DNA from: Felis catus
Lineage: Eukaryota
NCBI RefSeq assembly: GCF_018350175.1
Contig: NC_058368.1
Coordinates: 62,188,001-62,252,000 of the forward strand
Length of the DNA stretch: 64,000 nt
Direction of reading: 5' to 3'
Of the stretch, positions 37,102-50,235 are shown in pieces (position 1 is the stretch's first letter; every line of letters starts with the position of its first letter). Below the pieces are notes generated by a model. It did no database searches and was not told where the DNA came from. It worked only from the letters and a program-made list of their open reading frames with translations. The position numbers and the translations under genes are program-made.

Positions 37102-37305
37102 TTTTTGTAAAAATGTTTACTTATGTATTTTGACAGAGGCAGAGAACGAGCAGGGGAAGGGTAGAAAGAGAGAGAGAATCCCAGGCAGGCTCCACGCTGT
37201 CAACACAGAGGCTGAAGCAGGGCTCAATCTCAGGAATTTCGAGATCATGACCTGAGCTGAAATCAAGAGTCGACTGTTTAACTGACTGAGCCACCCAGGT
37301 GCCCC
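37102..37305 (-). mobile_element. Can-SINE inserted in an L2 3' remnant
   Basis: Full antisense SINE; TSD acaaa(at/ct)(c/t)tgtattc. Confidence 0.95.
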
Positions 37306-38204
37306 ACAAACTTTGTATTCCTAATGCTTTCTTTCTACTGGAGGAGAAAGTAAACCAAGCAAGTGATTAAAATTCAATATTATGTTAAGTAAGAAAAAAT
37401 ACAAAAACAAAGAATGGTAAAATGAAATGCACGTGTGTAGAAGTGGATGAGGAAAAAACCAAAACCTGCATGCAAAATCATGGTGGAGACAACGGGAAGA
37501 CGTTTACTTTAAAAAGCACAGAATATTGAAACATTAGAAAAAACTGTGAAAAGTGTTGGAAAATTTCAATATTGTAATGATGTAAACTCTCCCTAAATTG
37601 GTCTACAAATCAATGCAAAAAATGTGATGTTAGCTGTAATTTTTTGTAGATGACCTTTATCAGTCTTTGCAATTTCTCTTCTCTTCTTAGTTTGCTGATA
37701 GTTTTTACCAGGAATCAACACGGACTTTTAGTGCAATGCTTTTTTTTCTTTTTCTATTGGGTAATCATGTTTTGTTTTTGCTCTTGATGATGTTGTTGTT
37801 ATTATGATAATTTACGTTGATTGGTTTTTGCATGTTAAGTCAATATTGCATTTGTGGGGCAAAGTTCACTATGCATTATTTTTTATATGTATTATTGGGT
37901 TTGATCTGCTAATATTTTGTCTAGAAGTTTTGCATCTATGTTTGTCAGGAATTTTTATTATGTTTATTTATCCCAGTATAGATTTTATTTGGTTTTGGTA
38001 AAAACATAATACTGACATGATAGAATGAATTAGGAAGTATTTCCTTCTCTCCGATTTCCTGGACAAGTTTGTGTGGAATTGTTTTTTGTTTTTGTTTTTG
38101 TTTTTCCATTAAGTCTTTGGTAGAATTCATCAATGAACATGGAAATATTTTTAACCATAAACTTAATTTATAGCATTGCTATTAGACTATTCTTTTTTAC
38201 CTGT

Positions 38205-39190
38205 TTTTTGTTTTAAACAGCTTTACTGAAATGTATTTACATATCTTCGAATTTACCTATTTAAAATGTACAGTTAGTTCAGTATTAGCATATTTACAGA
38301 GTTGTGCAATTATCACAATTTAATTTCAGAACATTACCATCACCCTAAAAAATAACCTTTTTCTCATTAGTAGATAATCCGATTTCTCCTCATTAACCCC
38401 AGCCTTAACTAACCACTAATCTACCTCTATCTCTAGAGACTTGTCTTTTCTAGACATTTCATAAAAAGCAAATTCAAATGATCAATGTTAGTTTCTGTAT
38501 AACATTTTTCATTTAACATAAGGATCTTGAGGTTCCTCATGTTTTAGCATGCATCACTACTTGGTTCTTTTTTATTATTGAGTAATATTTCATTGTACAA
38601 TTATACCACTTTTTGTTTATGCATTAAATGGTTGATTGACATTTACATTGTTTCCACTTTGAGTATTATAAATAATGTTGCTGTGAACATTCATGTACAA
38701 ATTTTTATATGGGTATATGTTTTCATTTCTCTTTGTTATAAGCCTAGGAATGAAATTTCTGGCTTATATGGTAATTCTATGTTTAACATTTTTCAAAACT
38801 GGCCACCTGATTTCTAAAGCCGCTATATACCATTTTATGTTCTTACCAGCAGTGTGACAATTCTAAGGTCTCCACATCCTCATCAATACCATTATTGTCT
38901 GTTATTGTTATTAAAGTCATTCTAGTGAGTGTGGAGTGGTTTCTCATTGTGGTTTTGGTTTGTACTTCTCAATGACTAATGATACTAAGCATTTATTAAT
39001 TTCTTTTCTGGCCATCTGCATATCTTCCTTAGAGAGTGTTGAAATTCCTGGCCCAGTTTTAAAATTGGTATATTTATCTACTTAGCTTTCAGTTGTAAGA
39101 GTTTTTTTATGTAGTCTGTAGTCAAGTCCCTTATTAAGTATATGATTTACAAACATTTTCTCTAGTGTCTGTGGTGTCTTTTTTACCATT
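38205..39190 (-). mobile_element. L1MB-like 3' region nested in the older L1
   Basis: aacagctttactgaaatgtatttacata...; tgaacattcatgtacaaatttttatatgg. Confidence 0.75.
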
Positions 39191-40336
39191 TTAGTTAATT
39201 CATTATTATTAATTATTATTGTTTTATTTAATTAATAAATTATTATTTCTATGTATTTTCATATATTTCTTGTTAGTGGTTTTAAGTATACTTTCTTTTC
39301 AAGGAATCTGTCTTATCTAAGTCGTTCAATTGTTAGAAATAATGTTGTTCATAATTATCCTTTATTATTCTTTACTGTCTGTAGCATCTCTAGGAATGAT
39401 TCCTCTCTCATTCTTGGTAAGTTGTGTATACTCTTTTGTGTTTTTGTTTTTGCTGATGATTGTCAATTTCATTAGTCTTCCCAAAAGATTCAGGTTCTGG
39501 TTTTATTCAGTGTGTGTGTGGGGGTGTGCGTGTGTGTGTTTATGTTTTCAATTATTTTTTATTTCCTCTAACGTCTTTATTTTCTTCTGATAACTGTGCA
39601 TGTATATATTTTGTTCTTCAGTTTCCAGTTTTAAGTTGGAAGCTGAAGACATTGATTTAGATTTTTTATTTTTATATAGACATTAAGAGATATAAATTTT
39701 CCAATATTTATAGTTTTAGAGCTATGCCACACATTCTAATATGGCATGTATCTATTTTCATTTAGTTTAAAATACTTTCTAATTTCCCTTTTGATTTCTT
39801 TTTGACCTGTCGGTTAGTTAGAAGTAGGTTATTTAGTTTCCACATATTTGGGGATTTTTCAGAGGATTTTCTCTTATTGGTTTCTAATTTAATTTCAGTG
39901 TGGCCAGACATCATGTATATGACTTAAATCCTGTTAAATTTACCAAGAGTTGACTTATGGCCCAGGATCTGCAAAACCCTTTCAAATGTCCTTTAAAATA
40001 ATATGTATTTTGCTAGTAGAGGGTGAAATGTTATATAAATATTATTATGTTGGTGATTAATAATGTTCAAGTCCATTATATTTTTGCTGATTTTTCTATT
40101 CTATCAATTATTGAGAGAGAAGTGTTGAAATTTCCAATACAATTTGATATATCTTCTCCTTAAAATCTGTCAGTTTTTGCATCATGCATTTGTAAGCTCT
40201 CTTAATTAGGTATATACTGTTTGGAATTATTATGTTATTAGTTAACTGACAACTCTGTTTCTAAGAAATGGCCATTTTTTATATTTATCAAGATTCTTTG
40301 CTTTTGAAGCTATTTTACCTGACATGCTATATATTC

Positions 40337-40539
40337 TTTTAAAGTTTACTTATTTATATTTGAAAAAAAGAGAGAACAAGTGGGGGAGGAACAGAGAGAG
40401 AGAGAGAAAGAATCCCAAGCTGACTCCACGCCCTCAGCACAGAGCCCGATGCAGGGCTCACACTCATGAACCATGACACCATGACCTGAGCTGAAATTAA
40501 GAGTCAGGCACTCAAGTGACTGAGCCACCCAGGCACCCC
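40337..40539 (-). mobile_element. Can-SINE
   Basis: Full antisense SINE. Confidence 0.95.
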
Positions 40540-40623
40540 ATCTCTATTTTGACTAGTGTTGATATATCTTATAATATCATTTTACTTTGAAATCTATGCC
40601 ATGGTATTTAACACGTATTTCTT

Positions 40624-40704
40624 TTTAAAAAAAATATTACTTTTTTAATGTTTATTTATTTTGAGAGAGAGAGAGCACATATGCACGTGCAAGTGGGGGG
40701 ATGG

Positions 40705-40743
<39 letters not shown>

Positions 40744-41151
40744 CACAAGCAGGCTCTGTGCTGACAGATACGGGACTTGAACTCAAACTGTGAGATCGTG
40801 ACCTGAGCCAATATTAAGAGTTGGATGCCTGCACCAATTTGCATTCCCACCAACAGTGCAAGAGGATTCCTGTGGGAAACCCATGGAGGAGGAGAAGGAA
40901 AAAAAAAAGAGGTTAGAGTGGGAGAGAGCCAAAGCATAAAAGACTCTTAAAAACTGAGAACAAACTGAGGGTTGATGGGTGGTGGGAGGGAGCGGAGGGT
41001 GAGATGGGTATTGAGGAGGGCACCTTTCGGGATGAGCACTGGGTGTTGTATGGAAACCAATTTGACAATAAATTTCATATATTGAATAAATAAATAAATT
41101 TATTAAAAAAAAGGGTTGGATGCCTAACTAGCTGAGCCACCCAGGCACCCC
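40624..41151 (-). mobile_element. Can-SINE split by a young L1 insertion
   Basis: SINE resumes after the L1; own TSD aaca(c/t)gta(t/c)ttctt at 40610 and 41152. Confidence 0.92.
40831..41110 (+). mobile_element. Cat-type L1 3' end with 5' inversion
   Basis: TSD aag(a/g)gttggatgcct at 40816 and 41111; 40831-40873 is inverted ORF2 sequence. Confidence 0.93.
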
Positions 41152-43099
41152 AACATGTACTTCTTGTAGGCAATGTATGATTACATCATTTTTCTTCTTC
41201 CTGAAAATCTCTGTGTTTAATTAGGGCATTTTAGTCACTTGCAGTTGATATGATTATTGGTATAGTTTTTAATCTATTAACTGAATTTTGCTATTTTATG
41301 ATTCTATTCTTCTTTTGTCTACTTATTAGTGTAACTGTTTGTTAGCTGGTGGATGTTTTATTAGAGTTTAGTGTGTACATATCCTTCAAATTCAAGAGCC
41401 TGGAGGACTCCCCTTCAGTTTCTCACACCTTAGCCATGGCCTAGACACTCTTCCATGGCAGTGAGCCAGTACAATTTAAGAACTCATCTCATTTGTGTCC
41501 TGGTTTTCAGTTAATATTTTTGTTGTTGTTGCCTGATGTGCAATATGTAAACAAAATGAAACAAAACAGAACTATTGATTTTGTCCCTGTTTTTCTTTGA
41601 ATCAGGTGGGAGACTAAATGTGGTCTTTGCTTCTAAATCTTGGCAGAAAGCAGAAGTCTTTTAACATTTACTGAGTACTTATATCAGTCCCTCTAAGTTA
41701 GGCACTTCTATTATCTTTATCTGTGTACTAAATCAATATGGAATAACAACAATCTTGCTTGAAGCATTTATTACTTTTAATATTGCAGAAAAAGCTATAG
41801 TTACATATACAAACTTATGGCTATTATGAAAGTTGGAGAAAATTTAGCTCTTGATGAATACTACCTTGACTTCAAGCATAGAGTTGGCTAATTTGAATCA
41901 ATAGTGACAAATCAGCTTCCACTGCAACCACATAATTGTCAACAGCTTCTTGTCAACAGGAGAGACTGAGGTTGAAAATAAAATTACATTTTCATTCCTA
42001 TCCTTATATCCTCTTCTCTCTGTTCACAGGTTATGGGGGCCATACGCAGTTTGTTTGTTTGTTTTTTCCTCCACTGAGAAAAAGAGGCCACTAAGTGCCT
42101 TCTATTGTAATTCAGAGAAACAAAACTCAAAATCGTTTTATTTCTTTGAGTCCTTGCATTTAACAGTTTATAATAATTTTCAACCTTTTTAGTACTAGTT
42201 TATCTAATCTTTGCTTATGATACTACCATCCCCAGTATGCTGTATGACTGAAAGTGTACCATACGTATATTTGGTCTGCAATAGATTTAATCAATTTCAC
42301 TATGTTTATGGAATTGCCCTGTTTTAGAAGAGTGAATCTGTCTTTGTCCAGCATCACAGACTGTACTTACTTTTTTTCCTTAAGTTTCAGTGAGTGATAT
42401 TCTTTGTCAAAATCAATATCCTCTGCCAGTGACCACGAAAATATTCTCTCTGTTATTTTATGGAATCTCATTGTGTCTCTTTTATGATGTATTTTCTACA
42501 TCTTTTGGACCTTTCTCTCTGTTGATTTTTTATTGTTTTTGTTCTCTGTGATTCTTTCTTCACATCTGAATAAACAGCTCAATTTTCTCCTATTTTATAA
42601 GAACACTACGTGACCATTCATTTACCTCTACTGTAATATCTTTATAGTTTTCTTTAAGTTGTAGTCTCTGAAACTCAATTCTTCCCAATGCCTTTATTAC
42701 TAAATTCCAATTAACTCTTTGGTTCTATATAATCTAAATTCTTGGTGAAACTTCCTGGTTAAAGGAAGCCAATATCTTTCATGTTGCAAATTTGTTAAAT
42801 ATATTTAATCCTATTAGATATTTCTGTTCCATTGAGCATACTATATGTTCAATCTTGTATGTTCATTCTTTCCCAAACTAGAAACCTTGGCCTCATTAAT
42901 ATTGTTTTAAAGAATGTTAATACTTAAATTGTGCACAAAGTACCATGCTCAAATAAATTGGAGAAAATCTATGAAATAAATCTAAGCAACTTTATCAAGA
43001 TAAAGATGGGGGATATAGCATCCACAATCTCAAGCAAGGTTCTAAAATTATTTTTTAAATACATATGACAATATATTTTATCACAACTTCAGTGACACA

Positions 43100-43540
43100 A
43101 CCTTACTCTTTTGCCTCCCCAGTACTAGTCTTTCTTCTTTTTGTATTTCTTGGCACTTTAAGTACCTATGTGACTCTATTCTCTACAGTTGACCCTTATA
43201 TATTTCTTCTCCTGCTTCTCACTCTTTTTACTCTTCTATAGAGATCCCACATATTCTCATAATCTCAACATGCTCTTATTTTACAAGCACATATCTTTAA
43301 CTTTTATGTTCGCACTTGGGTATAATTTAAACTCAAATATCTACGTGCCTGTGGGATAAGTCATTTGCATGCCTGCAGCTGTATCATACTTAATAATTTT
43401 AAAACCACAATTGTTAAAGTTTTCCCCAAATTTGATTGGCTTTCTACTTTCCCCATCTCAAATAATAGAATCAAAAACAACTGTGTGACCCAAACTAGAA
43501 ATCTGGACATCATCTGAGTTATTTCAGATTCCTTTAGAAC
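43100..43540 (+). mobile_element. L2 remnant
   Basis: ctttccccatctcaaataatagaatc...ccaaactagaaatctggacatcat. Confidence 0.55.
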
Positions 43541-43599
43541 TTACAAATTCTACAAATAATTAATTATAATATGAAGTCAATATTGTTCTTAAATTGTTC

Positions 43600-43762
43600 T
43601 CAAGAAGTGTTGGCTTGCAAGATAGAAGTCAATCTTTTGTAATCTAACATGGGAGGGACATTCTGTCAACATTGCTGTATTCTACTGATCAGAAGCAAAT
43701 TATACAAGGAAAAGAGATTATATAAGACATTATTAGGGGCATCGCATAGGCTGTCTGCCAAA
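43600..43762 (-). mobile_element. MaLR (MLT1-type) LTR fragment
   Basis: aagatagaagtc..tcttttgtaatctaa...ggctgtctgcca. Confidence 0.55.
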
Positions 43763-44229
43763 CATTCCATAAATCATGAGAATTTCAAGGCAAATATTGT
43801 GTTGAAGGATTAACGTGATTATTATTAAGTCTGGTTTGGAAAGTGCATTTTGGACCCAGAGCCAAGGCAGCCTTCCTACTATACATCCAGTGTAATGAAC
43901 CTACTCACTAGTTTATACATATCTCTCTTCAGGGTTGGGCCAGGCCCAGTGGGTTATAAGAAAAGGGAGTGGGGAATGAGCCTCTTGATGACATGTGGTT
44001 TTCAGCTATATCTCCAAGAAACTGACCAATAAAGACCCCAGTGAATTCATCCCTCCTTTTATGGAGGACCAGTTTAGCAATGAAGAGAAGGAAGAATCTT
44101 GTCCTCATTAGCTGAAAGAAATCTCTTATTACAAAGAATTCAAAAAAAGTAAGAAAGTGTTTCTTCCTTGACATCTAAAAATCCACAAGTGACAACCATA
44201 TTACCATATAGGCACCATTACTGTTTTAT

Positions 44230-44960
44230 GGTCTTAGTAGATCAATCTATGGAATTAGTAGATGTGTACTGAGATCTCATCTTTTCTTAACACCCTTTAA
44301 CAACATGGAACATAATAATTCGAGTCTTGGACAATTGGTGGGTTCAGTTGTAAAATTTTCTTTGGGAAATCACCGTGTCATATCATTGTCCTATTTTATA
44401 TTTGTTAGTATTAAACAGACACACAATTCAGAATGACCCTTTTCATGCATCAGATGTGGACATTTGATAGTCAAAAATGGTTTTATTATTAAACTGTACA
44501 TTCAGTTGCTTGTGAGTTTTAAAGGCTAATATTTGAGGTGAAAAATGTGCTAACCAGAAGGAGTTTCTCAGAGGTCTTTGCCCTGTTCAGAGGTTTTTGT
44601 ATCTGCTTCCCCTTCATTTACTTCGTATTTCTTTGTTGTTATATCTTCAAATAAACCCATATTGATGCAGGAACTCTAGCTTCTGTGTATGTCAGTGAGA
44701 ATTTCATTACTTTCAACTACTCAGCTTCATAACGATCTTCAGATCACATCTTACCCAGATCCAATTATTTCAGAGAAAGATAGTGATCTGTTATTCAGTT
44801 CTCCCACCAACAAAATACAAAGGAATTGACTGAACCATTGGAGGTGAGATTCAGGTTATATATAATAAAGAGCTTCATTATAAATGGGTGATAGCCACTA
44901 GGACGTCATTTTAAATTTTCAAATTATTTACCTTGAAATTGATCAGAAATAATATAATGT
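44230..44960 (+). mobile_element. Possible CR1/L3 remnant
   Basis: gagattcaggttatatataataaagagcttc resembles the L3 3' region; very degenerate. Confidence 0.3.
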
Positions 44961-45580
44961 AATACATTTGAGAAGACACTGAATTTTACCAAGAATCCTG
45001 TAGTTATGTAAAGTTTAACATTTTAATTATGTTATAATCTCTATATAGTGTACTATTAACTAATTTATCTTTTTGGCAGTTACTTTATGTCACGATGTTT
45101 CTCAGCCTACCTGTCACACTTTGCCATCTGTCTCTCTTTTCTCACATATGACTTCTTAAAGTCAACTGCATCAACTTTGCACAGTGAGAAACTACAAGGT
45201 ATTTTAATGTAGTTTTATTGTTTACTGTCTATTTCCAGAAAGGTTTCAGAATTTTAATATTAAAATGAATATGTTTAGACATTTATATGCCAGATAAACA
45301 GTATGATTCCAGATGGTTTAAACAAACTCGGTAGACTTTTTTAAAAAGTCAGATTGCCCTGTGCATCCCACATTGAAAATCTTTTGCTTCATGTTGTGAT
45401 CTAAGATATAAAATATTACAAAAGTACACTAATTAATGACTAATGTATACATGATAGACAAGAATATATGAATACTATTTTAGGCAGTAAATGTTCTTAA
45501 TTTATCTTTAGTTAACTTTAAGCATTACTTGTTTGAGTCAAATATAATCCTGAAAATACCATCCAGAAACAATTTGTAGA

Positions 45581-45606
45581 GTGTGTGTGTGTGTGTGTGT
45601 GTGTGT
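45581..45606. repeat. (TG)n microsatellite
   Basis: TG run. Confidence 0.95.
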
Positions 45607-45754
45607 GCTATTTCTATATATAAGTATGTGTTTATAGATATAAACAGTTTGCTTATTTCTATATTAATAAAGACAGATGCTGCATTCCTTTTAAGAACTA
45701 ATCAGTCTCTATGAAGGCGAGATCAAAACTACTAGAAGAGATCCAGCAAATTCC

Positions 45755-46230
45755 TGTTTGATTAATTTAATGATAAATTTGCTTACTGGCACTATTGCCT
45801 AAATTTCTATTTTCAAGCACTGTTCTAGGTATTGAAAATATAGAATAAATCAGAAAACCTTAACCTTAAGGAGCTTACTATTTTAATGAGGTAGAAAAAA
45901 AATCAGTAAGTTAAGAAATTTTAGATTGTGATAAAGGTTATGAAGGAAATAAATAAACAGAGCAATATAATGGAAAATTCTGTTGGTGCGAAGGTTTACA
46001 TTAGACAGGGATATCAGGAAAGACCTTGTGTAAAGATATGTAACTGAGGCCTAAAGGTAAAAAGGATTCAGCCGCAATACAGTAGGGAAATGAACATTTG
46101 AAGTGTGCATTTGAATTATGACAAACTGTGCAATGCACCTGTTGTCAATATGATTAAGGGGTGTATTGTGAGCAAAGAAGGGAGGTTGCAGATAAGACTG
46201 AAGTGTGAGAGCAGAAACCTACAAAATGAG
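45755..46230 (-). mobile_element. L2 3' remnant
   Basis: caagcactgttctaggtattg...ccttaaggagcttact. Confidence 0.7.
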
Positions 46231-46429
46231 TACATTTATAATATTAGTTAATTCCACAACATTTTCTTTGTATCCTTTAACTTTAGCAAGTTCAATTCCA
46301 TAGGACTTTGCAAATCTGCCATTATGGGATAATCATAATGACTTTTTTTCTTTTTTTGCTTAGGTTTTAGTTGAAGTAATGAATTGCCCATGGTAAGGTT
46401 GTCTGCCCTGTAAAATGTATGATTATATT

Positions 46430-46620
46430 TCTATCATCTCTGGGTGCTTATTATTTGTCAGGTTCTGAGGTAAGCTCCATATTATATTATTTAATCTTCA
46501 TTATAAAGCATAAATAGAATCATACCAGATTTATAATTGAGAAAATGGAGGATGATAAAAGCTACACAAAACAAATAGTCTGCTTGATTCTGTGGCATAT
46601 ACTCTCCCTGCTGCAAAATC
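46430..46620 (-). mobile_element. MIR fragment
   Basis: attatttaatcttca...tttataattgagaaaatggagg. Confidence 0.5.
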
Positions 46621-46719
46621 ACTCAATGTGTGACAATCCTTCTCCCAACCACCCACCTCCCTCTGTCTCCAACCCCTAGGATTCTTGGTCTCTATAGGTT
46701 GCTGGATTAAAATACTGCA

Positions 46720-47167
46720 ATAGCCAAATTATGGAAAGAGCCTAAATGTCCATCAAATGATGAATGGATAAAGAAATTGTGGTTTATATACACAATGGAA
46801 TACTACGTGGCAATAAGAAAGAATGATATATGGCCTTTTGTAGCAACGTGGATGGAACTGGAGAGTGTGATGCTAAGTGAAATAAGCCATACAGAGAAAG
46901 ACAGATACCATATGGTTTCACTCTTATGTGGATCGTGAGAAACTTAACAGAAACCCATGGGGGAGGGGAAGGAATAAAAAAGAGGTTAGAGTGGGAGAGA
47001 GCCAAAGCATAAGAGACTCTTAAAAACTGAGAACAAACTGAGGGTTGATGGGGGGTGGAGGGGGGTGGGGTGGGTGATGGGTATTGAGGAGGGCACCTTT
47101 TGGGATGAGCACTGGGTGTTGTATGGAAACCAATTTGACAATAAATTTCATATATTGAAAAATAAAA
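46720..47167 (+). mobile_element. 5'-truncated cat-type L1
   Basis: ORF2 C-terminus, 3' UTR and A tail; TSD taaaatact(g/a)ca at 46708 and 47168. Confidence 0.97.
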
Positions 47168-47759
47168 TAAAATACTACAGAAATATTTCTGGTATCTAAT
47201 TCCCAAAATTGTAGGAGATTATTGATTCCCACACAGTAGCAAAAAAAATAAATAAATAACTCAAGCCTGGCTCAGACAAGTTTGTTTTCATAAAAATAAA
47301 TATGTATGAAGCACCTCTGCACGTTGTACTGTTATTGACCATCACCTCTAAATTCAATTTACTTTTTAACACCTTAACAATCTAAATCTTACTGTAAAAG
47401 TTTAGATCTCATAATAAGCAATGGGCATAGATATACTGGTGTGGAGTTCATAGGAAAAAATGAACACATCTCCAATGAATGAAATGAATGCCTTCTATTC
47501 TAAGTTCACTTAGAAGTAGCAATAACTAACATTTTGTGTGGACCTCTTGGGACATTTGATAATATTCATGTTGAATTGGATTTAATTATAATAATGTGTA
47601 GGGATATATAGTTTGCCAAACATGTTATAATTATTATCCTAAAAGGTACACAGGTCAGGTTCAGTTGGCAGAATAGGGCAATAACAACTTCTTGGTGTCA
47701 TTACCATTCTCACTACTGATTATCTATTTAGGTAACCCAAGAGAAGGGTACAAAGTAGT

Positions 47760-49260
47760 AGATATAAAAAAGGGAGTCCAGCAATCAGTTTTGTTTTTGA
47801 ACACATGTTTTAAATTACATGGTTATACTCCAGCCTTAAATATTAGAATATAGAGCATATAAAATTATACTATTCAAACAGTATCAAAAATATAAATTGT
47901 CATGAAGTAAATATAACAAAGTTCTTCCATAATATTCATCAAGAAAGTTTTTGAAAAATATAGACAGGACATAAATTAGTGAAATAATAACCATGTTTAT
48001 GGGAAGGAAGAATCAATATGGTAAAATTTTCATTTCTCTCCCAAAATAATCTAGGAAATTAGAGCAACTTCAATCAAAATTCTGAGAGAGTTTTTTCATA
48101 GGACTTGAAATATTGATTCTAAAATGTATTGGGAAAAACAGAAGAACAAGAATAACTAATAAGGTTTTGAAGAAGTACAAGTTTACAGAAGTTGCCTTAC
48201 CAGATAGCTAGACATATTATCAAAGTACAGTAATGAAGAAATGTGGTATTGACACAGAAAAAGATGAATCAGTATAACACACACGAGACATTATAAACAG
48301 GCACACACATATATATTGCAGGTCATGGGAAAATTATGGTATTTTCACAAAATAGTGCTGGAAAAATTAGTTACCCACCTTAAAAAAGGCAATGCCATAA
48401 TTTATCCAAACACAAAAATTCAATTACTAGAGAAAAGAATAATGTTCAAATCCTAAAGTTAGAACTATCAGGAAAAACAAAAAGGAGAGTATCTGCATGA
48501 CCAGACAGATTAGTTATGAATTTCTTACATAACACAAAAAGAAGCATACTTTTCAAAAATGACATTTTTATATGAAAACACAAAACTTCTATTTATCTAA
48601 GGACAACAAGGAAGGAAATAAGCTATTCACCGAGAAGATATATGCACACAAATAATCAATAATTATTAGTGACTAGAATTTATATATTTATACCAATCAG
48701 TATCAAAACACCAACAACTCAATAGAAAAATTGGCAAATTTAAAAACATGCAGTCAATAGAATAAATACACAAATGGGAAATAAACATATTCACTAATAC
48801 TCAATTTCACTTGAAGAATCCCATTTGATAAAAATTAGAATGAAATACAATTTCATCTCCATCAGAAACAGAAAGCTTTAAAAAGGCTAATACACCATAT
48901 CTTGGGAAGCATTTGGAACAACTGGAACTTTAATACACTGCCGGGGAAGGTTTATAGTTATAATTTTTTGGATTATTTGACGTAGTTTAGTGAAGTTAAC
49001 AAGGTACAATTAACAAGGTACCAATTAACAAGGACCCAATTTAACTCAGATTTCTTAAAAATTTCTAGAATCTACACCAAAAACAAAAGCAAAATGATAG
49101 TCATAGCAGCTGTGTTGTATTTTTAAGAAGAAATAAGAACACCCAATTTTTATCAGCAGTGATAATGAATGGAGCTATATAAAAAACTTAACTGAATCTC
49201 AGATATATAGCATAATAGAAAAAGGAAAATTACTAGAAAAAGAGTGATGACAAAAAATAT
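47760..49260 (+). mobile_element. Ancient L1 (L1ME-like) ORF2 3' remnant
   Basis: A-rich degenerate ORF2 (aatcaatatggtaaaatt; gccttaccagata; aatagaaaaattggcaaa). Confidence 0.7.
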
Positions 49261-49844
49261 AAAAATAATATTTAAATAAATATTAATATGGATAAGTTAT
49301 GAATAAATTTAGATATAGATTAAGGACTACAAAGCAATTATTAAATGATTATCATGGGTGATGGAATAAAAAGTGAGCACTGTTTTTTCAGGAACTTTAC
49401 ATATATTATTTCTTTTACTCTTTGCAAGTTCCCCTTAGATAGAGAGCCTTACATTTTTTTTGTATATAAGAAAACTGCCCATTGTTTTCCAAAAGTAATA
49501 TGGTACTGAGTTCTTAATTCTGATTTGTTCTGAATACTGGGAACTGAAATATAAACTCCTGTCCCTTTGTAAGGAAAACTGAGAACACGCTGTGAGTTCC
49601 AGAATGCATTTGTTCTTGGAAGATAAGTCAGTGAACCAGCTGAAATAGATGTTTTATCAAGATTTACAGTTTGTCCATCAAAGCTCCTTCTCCTCTTGTT
49701 TCTACGAATCCAAAGCTAGCATGTCCTAACCTCATCCCCAAACTAACCAATTGCCCACCTTCCAATACCACTGTAAAATTACTCAGTCTATCAGTATTCT
49801 CCCTCTAATTTATTCCTTGGTGCAGTAGTTTAAATGACAGCTTT

Positions 49845-50193
49845 GGGAGACATGGGTGACTCAGTTGGTTAAATGACTGAGTCTTGATTTCAGCTCAGGT
49901 CATGATCTCACGGTTAGTGGGATAGAGCCCTGTGTGGAGATCTACACTGTCAGTGCAGAGCCTGTTTTGGATTCTCTCCCTCTCTCTCTCTCTGCCCCTC
50001 CCATGAATGCACAGATGCACATGCACACTCTCCCTCCCTCTCTCTCTCGAAATAAATAAACTTTATAAATAAATAAATAAATATGCACACTCTCCCTCCC
50101 TCTCTTTCTCAAAATAAATAAATAAACTTTATAGATAAATAAATAAATATGCACACTCTCCCTCCCTCTCTCTCTTGAAATAAATAAATTTTA

Positions 50194-50232
<39 letters not shown>

Positions 50233-50235
50233 ATA
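49845..50235 (+). mobile_element. Can-SINE with triplicated 3' tail
   Basis: Head plus three atgcacactctccctccctc...aaataaat units starting at 50021, 50083 and 50149. Confidence 0.92.

Larger units (their letters stand above)
37622..41659 (-). mobile_element. Ancient L1 (L1M) remnant from 5' end to ORF2, with nested younger elements
   Basis: Antisense ORF2 motifs (EKEILPNSFY in ORF 37945-38133) and 5'-end-like tcttggcagaaagcagaagtc. Confidence 0.7.

Noticed and set aside
39500..41200. Similarity to 4340-5470 suggesting a segmental duplication
   Set aside because: Both are independent antisense remnants of the L1 endonuclease region
46784..47232. Antisense ORFs over L1 3' ends (also 53280-53643, 40743-40937, 62865-63283)
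   Set aside because: Recurrent translations of the cat L1 3' UTR
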